A DNA stretch of 60,256 nt, the filler included, from Theionarchaea archaeon (GTDB taxonomy: Archaea > Methanobacteriota_B > Thermococci > Methanofastidiosales > SZ-28-30), in the NCBI GenBank assembly GCA_018992565.1. It is 3 parts of 3 records of this genome, joined end to end, with 100 filler letters (N's around TTAATTAATTAA, not from the genome) between each part and the next. Parts side by side here need not be neighbours in the genome. Positions count along the whole stretch, not along the records: positions 1 to 27,117 come from JACVGW010000029.1; 2 more parts are not named here. One strand, written 5' to 3'. The notes under the pieces were generated by a model. It was not told where the DNA came from. It saw nothing but the letters and a program-made list of their open reading frames with translations, and made no database searches. Shown in pieces: positions 1-10,231 of the stretch. Made by a program: the position numbers and the translations under genes. Numbering within the stretch: the stretch's first letter is position 1; each line of letters starts with the position of its first letter.

Positions 1-1
1 C

Positions 2-91
2 TGGCGCCGGGGTAGGGATTTGAACCCTAGCTGTGCTGAGCACAACCAGATCTCGAGTCTGGCGCGTTTGCCCTAGCTCCGCCACCCCGGC
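2..91 (-). tRNA. tRNA-Ser(CGA), long variable arm, CCA encoded
   Basis: Reverse complement GCCGGGGTGGCGGAGCTAGGGCAAACGCGCCAGA-CT-CGA-GA-TCTGG...GGTTCAAATCCCTACCCCGGCGCCA folds as a cloverleaf. Confidence 0.95.
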
Positions 92-97
92 TGTAAC

Positions 98-1396
98 CTA
101 CTTGGTCGATGTTGTAATATTGATGTCCTTTACCACCACGTACGGAGAAAACACGGGATAATCACATTCCCACCAGTGTATCTGTTCCTGGTCTTTCGAC
201 AACCCGTCAATGTTCTCCAGTAACCGCAGCATATTGTCACTGATCCTTATATTCTTTACGGCACCCGTGATGGCCCCGTCTTCAATCTTCAATATGGCAT
301 CCCGGGGTATCGTCGAGAAATCACCAGTCATGTAGTTCTGGAACCTCGTGTACCACGTATTACTCACCAGCAATCCCTTCTTAACCTCGCTCACCAGATC
401 ATCCACAGATTTTCCACCACTGGCAATCACGATATTCTGAGGCTCGGGTGCGTCCAGTCCTGCATTGGCCGTAGTCTCTGTGCCGAACTTCTTGGCAGTG
501 GACGTATTATGCAGGTAATTCTCCAGAATGCCCTCCTTAATAACAGGAGTCCTTTTTGTGGGCACACCTTCCTTATCAAACTTGGTTGAAAAAATCCCGT
601 TCTCCATCATGCCATCGTTCACCATGGTGAACTTCTCTGATGCCACCTTCTTTCCGATCTTTCCATAGAAGAATGATATACCCGAGTCCACGAAAAAGGC
701 TGACACTGAATACAACCCACCAGACATCAACGTTGCAAAGCACAGGGGGGTAAACAAGAGGTCATAATGCCCTTCCTCACCTTTCACTGGATTTTGCGAT
801 TTTTTTGCCAGATCTGACGCATCTTCAGCAGCTTTCACCCCATTAAAATCCTTCAATGTGGTTGAGCAGCTGACACCATGGCCTGAACTCTCTTTCTCAA
901 AGGCGCGACATGAAATCTCAATGTATGCTCTCTCATCAGTGCCCTCTGTATACGTTGAAGCAAAGTCCACTTCCTGGTGCCTGGTGTACAGTACTCCTGC
1001 AATCCTCTCCGCTTCGCAGGCCTCGATAGCCTCATGCGTGATTCCTACTGCATCCGCCTCCTTAATACTCCTGTCACATCCCCTGTTCTTGTACTCAAAA
1101 GGTCCCCTGGCAATCCCGTGGTAGTCCTTGCTCTCCTGCATCTTGTCCAGCAGCCTGACTGCCCTTTTCATGTCTTCTTCAATTTTCTCCAGGTTCTGCA
1201 ACGTGAACTTCGTATTCTTGTTCCCTTTGGCCACAAAAATATCTGCACTCACAATATTATACTCCTTGGCCACTGTAATCTCGTTCCGTGAAAACCGCAC
1301 CTGCTGGCACTGTTCATTTATAATCTGGCAGACCACCTCATCCACTCCCATGGATGACGCTTCTTTCACCAGATGAGAGGAACTCAACTCAACCAT
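98..1396 (-). CDS. tldE: TldE/PmbA family protein (pair 1)
   Basis: FDKEGVP, IKEGILENYLH, TGDFS and ISDN motifs; no HExxH; overlaps the tldD stop; start placed at MVELSS. Confidence 0.85.
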   Translation of the reverse strand: MVELSSSHLVKEASSMGVDEVVCQIINEQCQQVRFSRNEITVAKEYNIVSADIFVAKGNKNTKFTLQNLEKIEEDMKRAVRLLDKMQESKDYHGIARGPFEYKNRGCDRSIKEADAVGITHEAIEACEAERIAGVLYTRHQEVDFASTYTEGTDERAYIEISCRAFEKESSGHGVSCSTTLKDFNGVKAAEDASDLAKKSQNPVKGEEGHYDLLFTPLCFATLMSGGLYSVSAFFVDSGISFFYGKIGKKVASEKFTMVNDGMMENGIFSTKFDKEGVPTKRTPVIKEGILENYLHNTSTAKKFGTETTANAGLDAPEPQNIVIASGGKSVDDLVSEVKKGLLVSNTWYTRFQNYMTGDFSTIPRDAILKIEDGAITGAVKNIRISDNMLRLLENIDGLSKDQEQIHWWECDYPVFSPYVVVKDINITTSTK

Positions 1397-2795
1397 GGAC
1401 ACCACCCAACCTGATGTCTTTCAGTCGCATGTACGGCCCTCCCATACAGGTGGGAGCACCTTGGACTGGATCCCCTTTTCCACAGGTACCTGCATACAGC
1501 ACGATCTCATCTGCTACAGCATCCACTGACGAATAGAACCCAGTTGTGGTGACTTCCAGGACAGGCCGTACCACGGGAGGTCCGACCTCGCCATTTTCGA
1601 TCACGTACGCTTCCCTCCCTATGTAGCGCTGATTGAACCTGGTATCATCAATATTCCACTCAGTAAAAGATTCCATCAACACACCCTTTTTCGTTTCCTC
1701 AATCAATTCTTCCTTCGTGTAATCTCCGGCACAGAAATAGGTATTTGCCATCCTGACGATAGGTTCTCTGTCAAAGGCCATGGCACGCGCAGCACCATTA
1801 CTCTTTCCCTTGAGGGCATATCCTGTTTCCCTGTTAGACAGGAATTCATTGATTTTTCCTTCTTTAATCAGCATGCGTTTTCTCGCTTTGACCCCTTCAT
1901 CATCATACAAATAGTACCCATAGCTGCCTTCAATAGTAGGATCCTCTGCAATGTTAACCAGTTCACTGCCAATAGTAGTACCAACCATGGTGGGATTGAC
2001 AAAGGACTCTCCTGCCTGAGCTGCCTCCCGTCCCAAGATACGATCTGCCTCCAGCGGGTGTCCACATGATTCGTGAGCAGTGATCCCTGCAACTTCAGGT
2101 CCCACAATGACGCTTACCGAGTCAGAGGGTGCTTTGACTCCTTCTTTCAGAATCCGGTACAGTACCCTGACTTCTTTGGGCAGCTTCTCATAGAGGTTGA
2201 ACTCCTGGAACGTTTCCCAGCCTCCTACACCTCCGTACTGGAGCTGGCACTGTTCGCTGTCATTACTCTCAATCACCGTGAGGATAGCCAGCAGACTCAC
2301 CCGGGGAATTCGGGACCGTATCTCTGCACCTTCTGTGTTGACGAAGTACTTGGTATGATCTTCATCTGTGTACTGGTACAATTGGAATACGAGCCCTTCT
2401 TCATGCTCCAGGTGGTTATTCAAATTCAGCAGTTCCTGGGACCTATCCACGTCTTCCAGGTTCTTCTTCTGGGGAATTTCGTAGGAAGCAGTATGCATCT
2501 CCTCGTCTGACAATCCGATTTTCTCTGTATTTCGTGTTGCTGACGTGCGGGCCAGCTTCTGTGCTTTTTCTACCACGTGGTTGATACTCTCCTTGTCCAG
2601 CCTGTTGGTAGATGCGAATCCCAACCCTCCGTCTATGAGCGCTCTCACTGAAAGCCCGTACTGGCTGAATAGCTGGTAGATATCGAGGTTACCGTTCTTA
2701 ACCACTGCTTGCAGTCCGTGCAGTTCTTCCATTCGTACTTCTGCATAGTCCGCTTTTGACTGCTGCAGTGCATAGTGAGCTAAATTTTCGTCCAT
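1389..2795 (-). CDS. tldD: TldD family metalloprotease (pair 1)
   Basis: HESCGH zinc motif, YDDEGV, PIVRMANT and C-terminal CGKG. Confidence 0.92.
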   Translation of the reverse strand: MDENLAHYALQQSKADYAEVRMEELHGLQAVVKNGNLDIYQLFSQYGLSVRALIDGGLGFASTNRLDKESINHVVEKAQKLARTSATRNTEKIGLSDEEMHTASYEIPQKKNLEDVDRSQELLNLNNHLEHEEGLVFQLYQYTDEDHTKYFVNTEGAEIRSRIPRVSLLAILTVIESNDSEQCQLQYGGVGGWETFQEFNLYEKLPKEVRVLYRILKEGVKAPSDSVSVIVGPEVAGITAHESCGHPLEADRILGREAAQAGESFVNPTMVGTTIGSELVNIAEDPTIEGSYGYYLYDDEGVKARKRMLIKEGKINEFLSNRETGYALKGKSNGAARAMAFDREPIVRMANTYFCAGDYTKEELIEETKKGVLMESFTEWNIDDTRFNQRYIGREAYVIENGEVGPPVVRPVLEVTTTGFYSSVDAVADEIVLYAGTCGKGDPVQGAPTCMGGPYMRLKDIRLGGVHG

Positions 2796-3007
2796 CAGAT
2801 AAGGAGTCTACGTTGGACTTATAAACCTTGTCATTACGGGACATTGAAATATCACCAGTCATAGATAATATATTATTCTCGTTACAGCGTTTCCTGGGCA
2901 GGATGGGCAGAATAGGGGCTGGCACGGTTCAGAAGGTATGCAACCTGAGAAGAATGGAAAAAGCGAAAAGGGGAAACATCTATAAAGATCGGGAGAAGTA
3001 CCATGCA

Positions 3008-3964
3008 ATGTTTGACAAAAATGTATTGTCCACCCTGCTGGTGTTTTCAGGTGTTCTGCTCGCTGTGTATTTGCTGCGCCCTCTCATTCCAGGGCTCTGT
3101 CTTGCTCTGGTTCTCATTTATGTGACGAGTCCCATGACCAATTTTCTTCAGAAATACGTGAAGAAGAGAGTACTTTCCACCAGCCTGGCGTTTCTGGTTA
3201 TTGCACTGGTCTTTGGGTTCCTGTCTTTTCTGCTTGTAGGTGAAATAGCAAGAGAAGCTTCCCGGCTTCCCGCATACCTTCAGGACCAGAACCTGCTCCA
3301 GGATCTGGGCATTCTTGAGAAAATCAGCTGGAGTGAGATCGTTAAGAACCTTCTCACTGAGAATGGACTGAAACTTGTAGTGGGAATTGCTTCCCAGGTG
3401 GGAAACCTGCTGATTCAGGTGTTTTTCGGTGTGCTGATTTCCTTTGCCGTGGTATGGCAGCAGGTGAAGATACCGGTCACTGATACCAAATTGAAGGAAG
3501 TTCTCTCCATTATTGACAGGGGACTGCACAGTGTGATCTCCAGTCTATTCTCAACAGCTGTTGTCACGGGGTTGATCAGTGTCCCTATCTATATTGGGTT
3601 TGGACTTCCGTATCCATTAATGCTGGCACTTCTCACTGGATTCCTGACGTTGTTACCGGTGATTGGCGCATGGCTGCTGTATTTGCCTGTAACAGGGTAT
3701 CTGTTCTTTGAGGATGGAGTCACTCGCAGTCTGGTGTTTCTGGTGGTATGTGCAGTGTTCATCAGTACTCTCCCTGACATTCTGGTACGGCCCATAACAG
3801 GGAAGACCAAAGAAGTGGGAGCCATCCCCCTGCTGGTGGGATTTATCAGCGGCATGCTGGTATTCGGAGTTTCTGGTATCGTCCTGGGACCGGTGATTAT
3901 TATTTCAGCTATTGCCTTCTGGAAAGTGTACTATGCTCAGGAAAAGGGAGAAGTGAGCTCTTAA
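3008..3964 (+). CDS. AI-2E/PerM family membrane transporter
   Basis: Multi-pass hydrophobic ORF with LLPVIGAWL, DILVRP and FGVSGIVLGP; start placed at MFDKN (the ORF-track extension to 2828 overlaps a promoter). Confidence 0.85.
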   Translation: MFDKNVLSTLLVFSGVLLAVYLLRPLIPGLCLALVLIYVTSPMTNFLQKYVKKRVLSTSLAFLVIALVFGFLSFLLVGEIAREASRLPAYLQDQNLLQDLGILEKISWSEIVKNLLTENGLKLVVGIASQVGNLLIQVFFGVLISFAVVWQQVKIPVTDTKLKEVLSIIDRGLHSVISSLFSTAVVTGLISVPIYIGFGLPYPLMLALLTGFLTLLPVIGAWLLYLPVTGYLFFEDGVTRSLVFLVVCAVFISTLPDILVRPITGKTKEVGAIPLLVGFISGMLVFGVSGIVLGPVIIISAIAFWKVYYAQEKGEVSS

Positions 3965-4092
3965 GGAAAAGTCAGCATCCTGCATCGACTGGATGATTGG
4001 AAACTCTGCAACAAGATGGCCAATCAGGGGATTGCACTACGTTTGCCTGTGAATTTCGCAACCCTTAAGAATGTGGACTCCTCATTGTACCT

Positions 4093-4854
4093 ATGCGTTC
4101 AATCTGGAAAGGAACTATAGCATTTGGATTGGTGAATATTCCTGTAGCCCTCCACACAGCAACCAGAGATTACTCAGTAAACTTTAAGAACCTGTGTCCG
4201 GTACACCATGTCCCCCTGCAATACAAGAAGTGGTGTCCAGAAGGAAAAGAGGAAATTGACTATAAAGATATTGAAAAGGGATATCAAGTCGGCAAGAACT
4301 ACGTCGTTATTGGACAGAAAGAACTGGATGCATTAAAACTTGAGAGTACTCATACTATTGATATAGAGAAGTTCGTGGATTCCTCCGAAATCCCCATACT
4401 GGCATATGATTCCTTCTATTTCCTGAGTCCTGACAGAGGTGGAGAGAAAGCATATGCACTCCTCCATGAGGTTTTGACCCTGACAGGGAAAGTGGGTATA
4501 GGAAAAGTTGTCTTACACAGCAAAGAGTACCTGGTGGGTCTCAAGAACTATCAGAGAGGCATTATCCTCATCACGTTACGGTATTCTGATGAAATTGTCA
4601 ACATAGATGAAGCTCTGCCCAATACCCTTCCTGAAACCTCTGAAAAGGAGGTGGATCTTGCCAGAACCCTCATAACCAAGATGGAGGGTGACCTCGACTT
4701 CTCAGAATACAGAGACCGCTACCGCGAGGAAGTGGAAGAACTCGTACAGAAGAAGCTCAAAGGAGAAGCAATTGTAGCAGAAAAAGTCACAGAAACTGAG
4801 AAAACTAAAGATATCCTGGCCGCCCTGGAAAAGAGTATTGAAGCCAGGTACTAG
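4093..4854 (+). CDS. ku: Prokaryotic Ku (NHEJ DNA end-binding protein)
   Basis: Signature N-terminus MRSIWKGTIAFGLVNIPV, plus IEKGY, IDIEKFV and YRDRY. Confidence 0.95.
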   Translation: MRSIWKGTIAFGLVNIPVALHTATRDYSVNFKNLCPVHHVPLQYKKWCPEGKEEIDYKDIEKGYQVGKNYVVIGQKELDALKLESTHTIDIEKFVDSSEIPILAYDSFYFLSPDRGGEKAYALLHEVLTLTGKVGIGKVVLHSKEYLVGLKNYQRGIILITLRYSDEIVNIDEALPNTLPETSEKEVDLARTLITKMEGDLDFSEYRDRYREEVEELVQKKLKGEAIVAEKVTETEKTKDILAALEKSIEARY

Positions 4855-4863
4855 CCACAGACC

Positions 4864-5781
4864 ATGTACCAACCAATGCTTGCCAGGTCTGCAGATCCCT
4901 TCACAAACCCTGACTGGATATTCGAGGTCAAGTGGGACGGCACACGGGCTATATCATACATTACCCAGAAAGTAATGTTCATCAACAGACGAGGAGTTGA
5001 TATCACCTACCGATATCCCGAATTACAGATTAAAGACAATGTCACTGCCCCATGTGTTCTGGATGGGGAGATTGTTGTTCTCGTACGGGGAACTCCTTCT
5101 TTTGCAGATTTACAGAGGAGAGAACACATTGACGATCCTTTCAAGATACGGATCCTCTCCAGGGAGTTGCCTGCAGTGTACATCGTGTTTGACATTCTGG
5201 AACGCGATACCATTGATCTCACCGGGACACCGTTACTGGAACGTAAGAACATACTGCAGCAGACAGTATCCGAGTCTGAAAGACTCCTTATCTGTCCATA
5301 CGTACAGGAAAAAGGAGGTGAATACTTCACAGCTGCCACTGAATCAGGATTTGAAGGTATCATGGGCAAGAAGAAAGACTCATTATACTACCCGGGGAAG
5401 AGATCTGGTTATTGGTTGAAAATCAAGAAGACAACAACTGCAGACTGTGTCATTGGCGGATTTATCAGGGGGGAAGGGGTGAGAAAATCCACGTTTGGTG
5501 CGCTATTGCTGGGTGTGGGTTGTCCGTTGCAGTACGTAGGGAAGGTGGGTTCAGGGTTTACTGAGGATGACTTGATCCACATCAGAGACCTGTTAACCCA
5601 GATAGAGACTGACAGGAACCCCTTTTCCACTCCTGTGCCTGTGGATGACGTACACTTTGTCAATCCTGTTTACGTCTGCGAAGTGAAATATCAGCAGGTT
5701 ACTCATGATAATAGGTTACGAGCTCCCGTTTTTCTGAGAATGAGATATGATAAATCCCCTGCAGAATGTCTTCAGTGGTAG
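4864..5781 (+). CDS. ATP-dependent DNA ligase, stand-alone LigD LIG-type domain
   Basis: EVKWDGTR (motif I), DGEIV, VFDIL, EGIMGK, WLKIK, VGKVGSGF and RAPVFLRMRYDK; 9 nt downstream of ku. Confidence 0.92.
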   Translation: MYQPMLARSADPFTNPDWIFEVKWDGTRAISYITQKVMFINRRGVDITYRYPELQIKDNVTAPCVLDGEIVVLVRGTPSFADLQRREHIDDPFKIRILSRELPAVYIVFDILERDTIDLTGTPLLERKNILQQTVSESERLLICPYVQEKGGEYFTAATESGFEGIMGKKKDSLYYPGKRSGYWLKIKKTTTADCVIGGFIRGEGVRKSTFGALLLGVGCPLQYVGKVGSGFTEDDLIHIRDLLTQIETDRNPFSTPVPVDDVHFVNPVYVCEVKYQQVTHDNRLRAPVFLRMRYDKSPAECLQW

Positions 5782-5847
5782 CTTCTTTTTTATACTTTCC
5801 GAAGAGTTGCTACGATAAACCGTGCAAGAATATATATAGAATACTCC

Positions 5848-6393
5848 ATGAGCATGTATGGTGAAAGCCTCTGCATTCACAGTGAAGAGAGAGTTGTAGA
5901 ACACGTAGAAAGGGAGATGGTGTTGATGAAAGAGATTCCTTATGATGAGGTTGGAGAGAAGGGTGCGTACATGCTTACCATGGTATGCAGGAAGTGTGGG
6001 CAGGAAATCAGCAGGACAAGAGTCCTTGATGACCCTGAGTCCGTGAGAGACATGTACAACGAGGCACAGAACGATCGCATGGTAAACTGGTGTGCTCCAT
6101 GCAGGTCCCCGGGAGATATCCATGTATGGGAAATGGATGAAGGGAGGAATGAGACGTTTTATCTTCTGAATATTCACGTCCAGCAGCCTGAAATTGATCA
6201 CTGGTGCTTTGGACAGTGTGGTAAGATATCTGTTGCCTGTATCACACTGGATAGCGAGCAGGGAGAGTTATCTTTTCTGCCCTGCAAGAGCTCTTCCTGC
6301 CCCTATTGTGAAAGGGAGATAGAGGTAGGTCCTGGCAAGACAAAAGATGGTGTCACGAATCAGTATGTCATACGGATTTTGAATCCCGTTTAA
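5848..6393 (+). CDS. Hypothetical Cys-rich, probably Zn-binding protein
   Basis: 181-aa ORF with CRKC, CAPC, CFGQC and CPYC; family not recognised. Confidence 0.65.
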   Translation: MSMYGESLCIHSEERVVEHVEREMVLMKEIPYDEVGEKGAYMLTMVCRKCGQEISRTRVLDDPESVRDMYNEAQNDRMVNWCAPCRSPGDIHVWEMDEGRNETFYLLNIHVQQPEIDHWCFGQCGKISVACITLDSEQGELSFLPCKSSSCPYCEREIEVGPGKTKDGVTNQYVIRILNPV

Positions 6394-6499
6394 TCTCGCA
6401 GAGCCCTTGAGATCAAGGACTTGATCATCCCTGTGATCTCTTCTGGATTTTCGGTATGGGCAACCAAATGTTTATAAAAGGGAAAGGAATAAGCAGCCC

Positions 6500-6652
6500 A
6501 TGAAGTGTACCTCATGTCAAAAAGAAATTTCACCCCATGAGAAAGTTGTTACCTTTCCTTGTCCTCAATGTGAAGAAATAATCATTAGATGCGAAAAATG
6601 CCGTGTCCTGGCCAACCCGTATAGGTGTAGCTGCGGGTTCGAGGGACCGTGA
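6500..6652 (+). CDS. Small zinc-finger protein (DUF1610/HVO_2753-like), missing from the ORF track
   Basis: [50 protein letters not shown]; the CGFEGP ending and the position upstream of EF-1beta are typical; TATA at ~6470. Confidence 0.9.
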   Translation: MKCTSCQKEISPHEKVVTFPCPQCEEIIIRCEKCRVLANPYRCSCGFEGP

Positions 6653-6661
6653 GGTGGTAAT

Positions 6662-6937
6662 GTGTACAATCTAATTGCAACTCTGAGAGTGTTACCTGAG
6701 GATACAGAGACTGACCTGGGAGAACTGGAAGAGGCTATCAGAGGGCTGGTTCCTTCCAACATGGAGCTGTACAAGGTCGAACAGGAGCCTATTGCATTCG
6801 GGCTGGTGGCTCTGAAAATCATGGTGTTGACCACTGATGATGCATCAGGGAGTACCGACGCTCTCGAATCTTCCATTCAGGACCTGGATATGGTTTCTCA
6901 GGTGGAAGTTACTGATGTAAGAAGAACACTGGGTTAG
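6662..6937 (+). CDS. ef1b: Translation elongation factor aEF-1beta
   Basis: EPIAFGLVAL motif; GAGGTGG RBS upstream. Confidence 0.95.
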   Translation: MYNLIATLRVLPEDTETDLGELEEAIRGLVPSNMELYKVEQEPIAFGLVALKIMVLTTDDASGSTDALESSIQDLDMVSQVEVTDVRRTLG

Positions 6938-7120
6938 ACATTCGCGAGATTTCTGGGTTCGTAGCCTGATGGTCTATTTCGCGACTTTTTCTTTTTATGG
7001 GTTTGCGTTGGTTGTGTGTGAGCTCCTGTTCTTTGATAGGTTGTATGCTGGAAGCTGCAGTCGGGTGAATTCTCAGCGAGAAAAAAGGATGGCAAAGGTT
7101 TAATTGGAGGCTATCATGAT

Positions 7121-7609
7121 GTGTTTATGACACCGGATAGGATTTCACACGAATACTGGCAGACATCACCTGAGCTGCCACAAGACATATTTCTGGCATG
7201 GCAGAAACCAAACAAAGCCTTCAATCCAACAGCCATCGTAGCCACTCTCGACCCTGATGGAGCTCCCCATACAGCACCATTTGGAAGTCTTCGAGCTGTC
7301 AGTCAGCGGACATTGAGGTTTGCCACCTGGCGCGGGCATGAAACATATACAAATATCTGCAGTGATGATCGAGTAGAGATTTTTCTCCTCTCACCTCCTG
7401 GAATGGCAGTCAGTGTCAGAGGGCGGGCCAAAATAAAAAGGGAAATAATGGAGGCTGACCCTAATTACGCTGTGATAGATGTTGACATTGATATGGTAAA
7501 GAACGATATGGTCCGACGTATTGTGATTCAGAGTGCAATTACCATTCATATTCCTGAAGAGTTTGTGGGATGGTTTGAAGCATTGCTGGGTGAACTTGAC
7601 GCAATGTAG
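7121..7609 (+). CDS. Pyridoxamine 5'-phosphate oxidase-like (FMN split-barrel) protein
   Basis: VATLDPDGAPHTAP, TYTNI and SVRGRA pattern. Confidence 0.75.
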   Translation: MFMTPDRISHEYWQTSPELPQDIFLAWQKPNKAFNPTAIVATLDPDGAPHTAPFGSLRAVSQRTLRFATWRGHETYTNICSDDRVEIFLLSPPGMAVSVRGRAKIKREIMEADPNYAVIDVDIDMVKNDMVRRIVIQSAITIHIPEEFVGWFEALLGELDAM

Positions 7610-7855
7610 AGGAATCTGTGTGACAGGATACTGGCATCAGGTTCCCAGGTCCCTGAGTGACAGCCACACGACATAATCAGAGTGGCAGATACTCTCGGAG
7701 GGTTACGCATTGACTGTTGGTATCTACTGCTTTTCCGCAGGAGACTGCTCCGGATGCTTGCTGTCCTCTGGGATGCAGTCTCAGGTTCACTTCTCGAATA
7801 TGAGCCATGAATATGTTTGGCACAATTCTTTTATTTCGTAAATGAAAACCTACTC

Positions 7856-9154
7856 ATGATTCACCCCATAGAATACAGATATGGTTCACCTGAAATGAAG
7901 CAGATTTTTGAAGAAGAGCAAAAACTCCAGTACTATCTGGATGTGGAAGCTGCTCTGGCTGAAGCACATGCTCAGCTGGGTCACATCCCTGAAAAAGAGG
8001 CCCAGAAGATCAGGAATGCTGCCACCATCCAGAAGGTGTCCCTTGAGAGGGTTAAAGAAATTGAAGTCAGAACCAAACATGACATGATGGCAGTGGCTGA
8101 GGCTCTCTCAGAAGCTTCCCAATCCGGATACGTACACATGGGAGCCACATCAAATGATATTGTAGATTGTTCGAATGCTCTCCAGTTGAGAGCTGCTACC
8201 CAGCTCGTTCTCAAGAACGTGAGAGAACTGGGAGAAATTCTGGCCCATCTGGCAGAAACCCATAAGACCCTGGTATGTGTGGGAAGAACCCACGGGCAAC
8301 ATTCTGTCCCCACCACCTACGGCATGAAATTTGCGCTGTATCTGGACGAGATGAGACGTAACGACCAGAGAATTACCTCAGCGTCGAACCACATCTACGG
8401 CAAGATGTCGGGAGCAGTAGGTACTATGGCATCCTTTACTGATGGGCTGAAAATCCAGGATACTGTGGGCCGAATCCTGGGAATACCTATGGTTCCAATC
8501 TCCAACCAGATTGTCCAGAGAGATACCTATGCTGAACTGCTGTGTTCTCTGGCCATTTTGGCCTCTACGCTGGATAAGATAGCTACAGAGATAAGAAACC
8601 TGCAGAGAACAGAAATCAGTGAAGTCTCGGAGGGATTCTCCAAAGGTCAGGTGGGTTCATCTACCATGCCCCACAAGAAGAACCCCGTAACCTGCGAGAA
8701 GATATCAGGACTGGCCAGAGTCATCTATTCCAATGTCTTTCCTGCCCTCCAGAACAATGTCCTGTGGCACGAACGGGATCTGACCAATTCGTCCTGTGAG
8801 AGAGTCATTCTCCCTGAAACCTTTGTGTTGATTGATGAAATGCTGATAGGAATGGTGAATGTCCTGGAGAATCTGGTATTCCATCGTGAGAACATTAAGA
8901 GGAACCTGTACCTGCAGCGGCAGAGCCTGGCAGAATCGGTGATGATTGCCCTGACAGAGAGAGGAATGCCCAGGCAAAAGGCACATGCAGTCCTCAGAGA
9001 GCTATCTACAGAGAAGGACTTCGTGGAAGCTGTAAAGCGGGATTCCCAAATACGTGATATTCTTTCAGAAAGAGAGATTGACGACCTGTTGACACCTGAG
9101 ACCTACATTGGGGAATCAGTGGCCATTGTAGATCGGGTTCTTGGAGAAGGCTGA
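7856..9154 (+). CDS. purB: Adenylosuccinate lyase
   Basis: HPIEYRYG, HMGATSND, GRTHGQH, GSSTMPHKKNP and HERDLTNSS. Confidence 0.97.
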   Translation: MIHPIEYRYGSPEMKQIFEEEQKLQYYLDVEAALAEAHAQLGHIPEKEAQKIRNAATIQKVSLERVKEIEVRTKHDMMAVAEALSEASQSGYVHMGATSNDIVDCSNALQLRAATQLVLKNVRELGEILAHLAETHKTLVCVGRTHGQHSVPTTYGMKFALYLDEMRRNDQRITSASNHIYGKMSGAVGTMASFTDGLKIQDTVGRILGIPMVPISNQIVQRDTYAELLCSLAILASTLDKIATEIRNLQRTEISEVSEGFSKGQVGSSTMPHKKNPVTCEKISGLARVIYSNVFPALQNNVLWHERDLTNSSCERVILPETFVLIDEMLIGMVNVLENLVFHRENIKRNLYLQRQSLAESVMIALTERGMPRQKAHAVLRELSTEKDFVEAVKRDSQIRDILSEREIDDLLTPETYIGESVAIVDRVLGEG

Positions 9155-9287
9155 TACGGTTTAGACTGAAGTGACTTTGAGACATCAGTTTATGGTAGAA
9201 AGCCATCAGGTATTTATAAGTGGAATTAATAGAATACCTGTCTGTGATCAAGAGACCAGACATGTATCAATGAAAAGAGGTGATTAA

Positions 9288-9428
9288 ATGGCAATTGATC
9301 CTGTATGTCAGATGAAGGTTGATGAAAAAACAGCCAAATGGAAAACGGACTATAAAGGGAAGACCTACTACTTCTGTGCACCGGGATGCAAGAAAACTTT
9401 CGAGAATGAGCCAGAGAAGTACCTTTGA
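9288..9428 (+). CDS. Stand-alone YHS/TRASH metal-binding protein, missing from the ORF track
   Basis: MAIDPVCQMKVDEKTAKWKTDYKGKTYYFCAPGCKKTFENEPEKYL; GAGGTGA RBS. Confidence 0.93.
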   Translation: MAIDPVCQMKVDEKTAKWKTDYKGKTYYFCAPGCKKTFENEPEKYL

Positions 9429-9813
9429 GGGTTAGTTTGGCCTGGATTTCAGGCTTGTAGACGTAAGGACTCCGCACGGGATTCAATATGAACCCGGAGG
9501 TCTCTCTAGATAAGGAAAGAGACTCATCACTTTCTTTCAATGCCTTATTCGATATACGGTGTATAATTAAGGAGTAGAATGTACACTTCGGGCTTTTTAC
9601 GGTATGCTGCTGCGGCATTCTCCTGGATTGTACTCGATCTCAATGTCACGTCTTCCCGCACAACCCAATAAGAAGAACAGACGCCATATGCTCCAGGTCT
9701 CTCTGATGCTTATGAACACAACAATACTCCTGAACGAGAAGATGCACATACCGGAAACGAATACATGCCGATACCTATTTATGCGTGTACAGCCTCCTTT
9801 TACTGGTGATCTC

Positions 9814-10221
9814 ATGCGGGTCTACGATATCATAAAGATCGAGGAGAATGGCATTATAAAGCTCCCGAACGAAATTGCCACAGAGATAGGAATAGTGAAA
9901 GGAGCGTACCTCCTAGTGGAAGCTGATGAACGCTCAAAAGAACTCACTTTTGAGAGGATAGCTGTTCCTGGCAAGAATTTAGCAGAAATCACTCTCGTCC
10001 TGCAGGACAAACCTGGCGTCCTGGCAGATGTAGCTCTGGAGCTGGGAAATGCAGATATCAACATCTTATTCAATGAATCAGATGAGATACGGTTCAGCAA
10101 CCTCTCAGCGTTGCTGGCCATTATAGATATGTCCAGATCCCGCATTTCAGTGGAAGAGCTGAAAACTCATTTTGAGAAGATGAAGGTAGTAAAACAGGTG
10201 GAAATCAGGCAACTGGGGTGA
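9814..10221 (+). CDS. AbrB/MazE-like N-terminal domain fused to an ACT domain (putative ligand-sensing regulator)
   Basis: KIEENGIIKLPNEIATEIGI then ACT motif DKPGVLADVA...DINI; GGTGA RBS before ATG 9814. Confidence 0.75.
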   Translation: MRVYDIIKIEENGIIKLPNEIATEIGIVKGAYLLVEADERSKELTFERIAVPGKNLAEITLVLQDKPGVLADVALELGNADINILFNESDEIRFSNLSALLAIIDMSRSRISVEELKTHFEKMKVVKQVEIRQLG

Positions 10222-10231
10222 GCGGTAGCAG

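Noticed and set aside
2..5781. Integrated element at tRNA-Ser carrying the ku-ligase pair
   Set aside because: No integrase or att duplication seen, and the tRNA 3' end points out of the window
9604..9813. N-terminal extension of the ACT-domain ORF, and the many short overlapping ORFs in the track
   Set aside because: RBS and domain start support 9814; the short ORFs overlap well-supported genes in other frames
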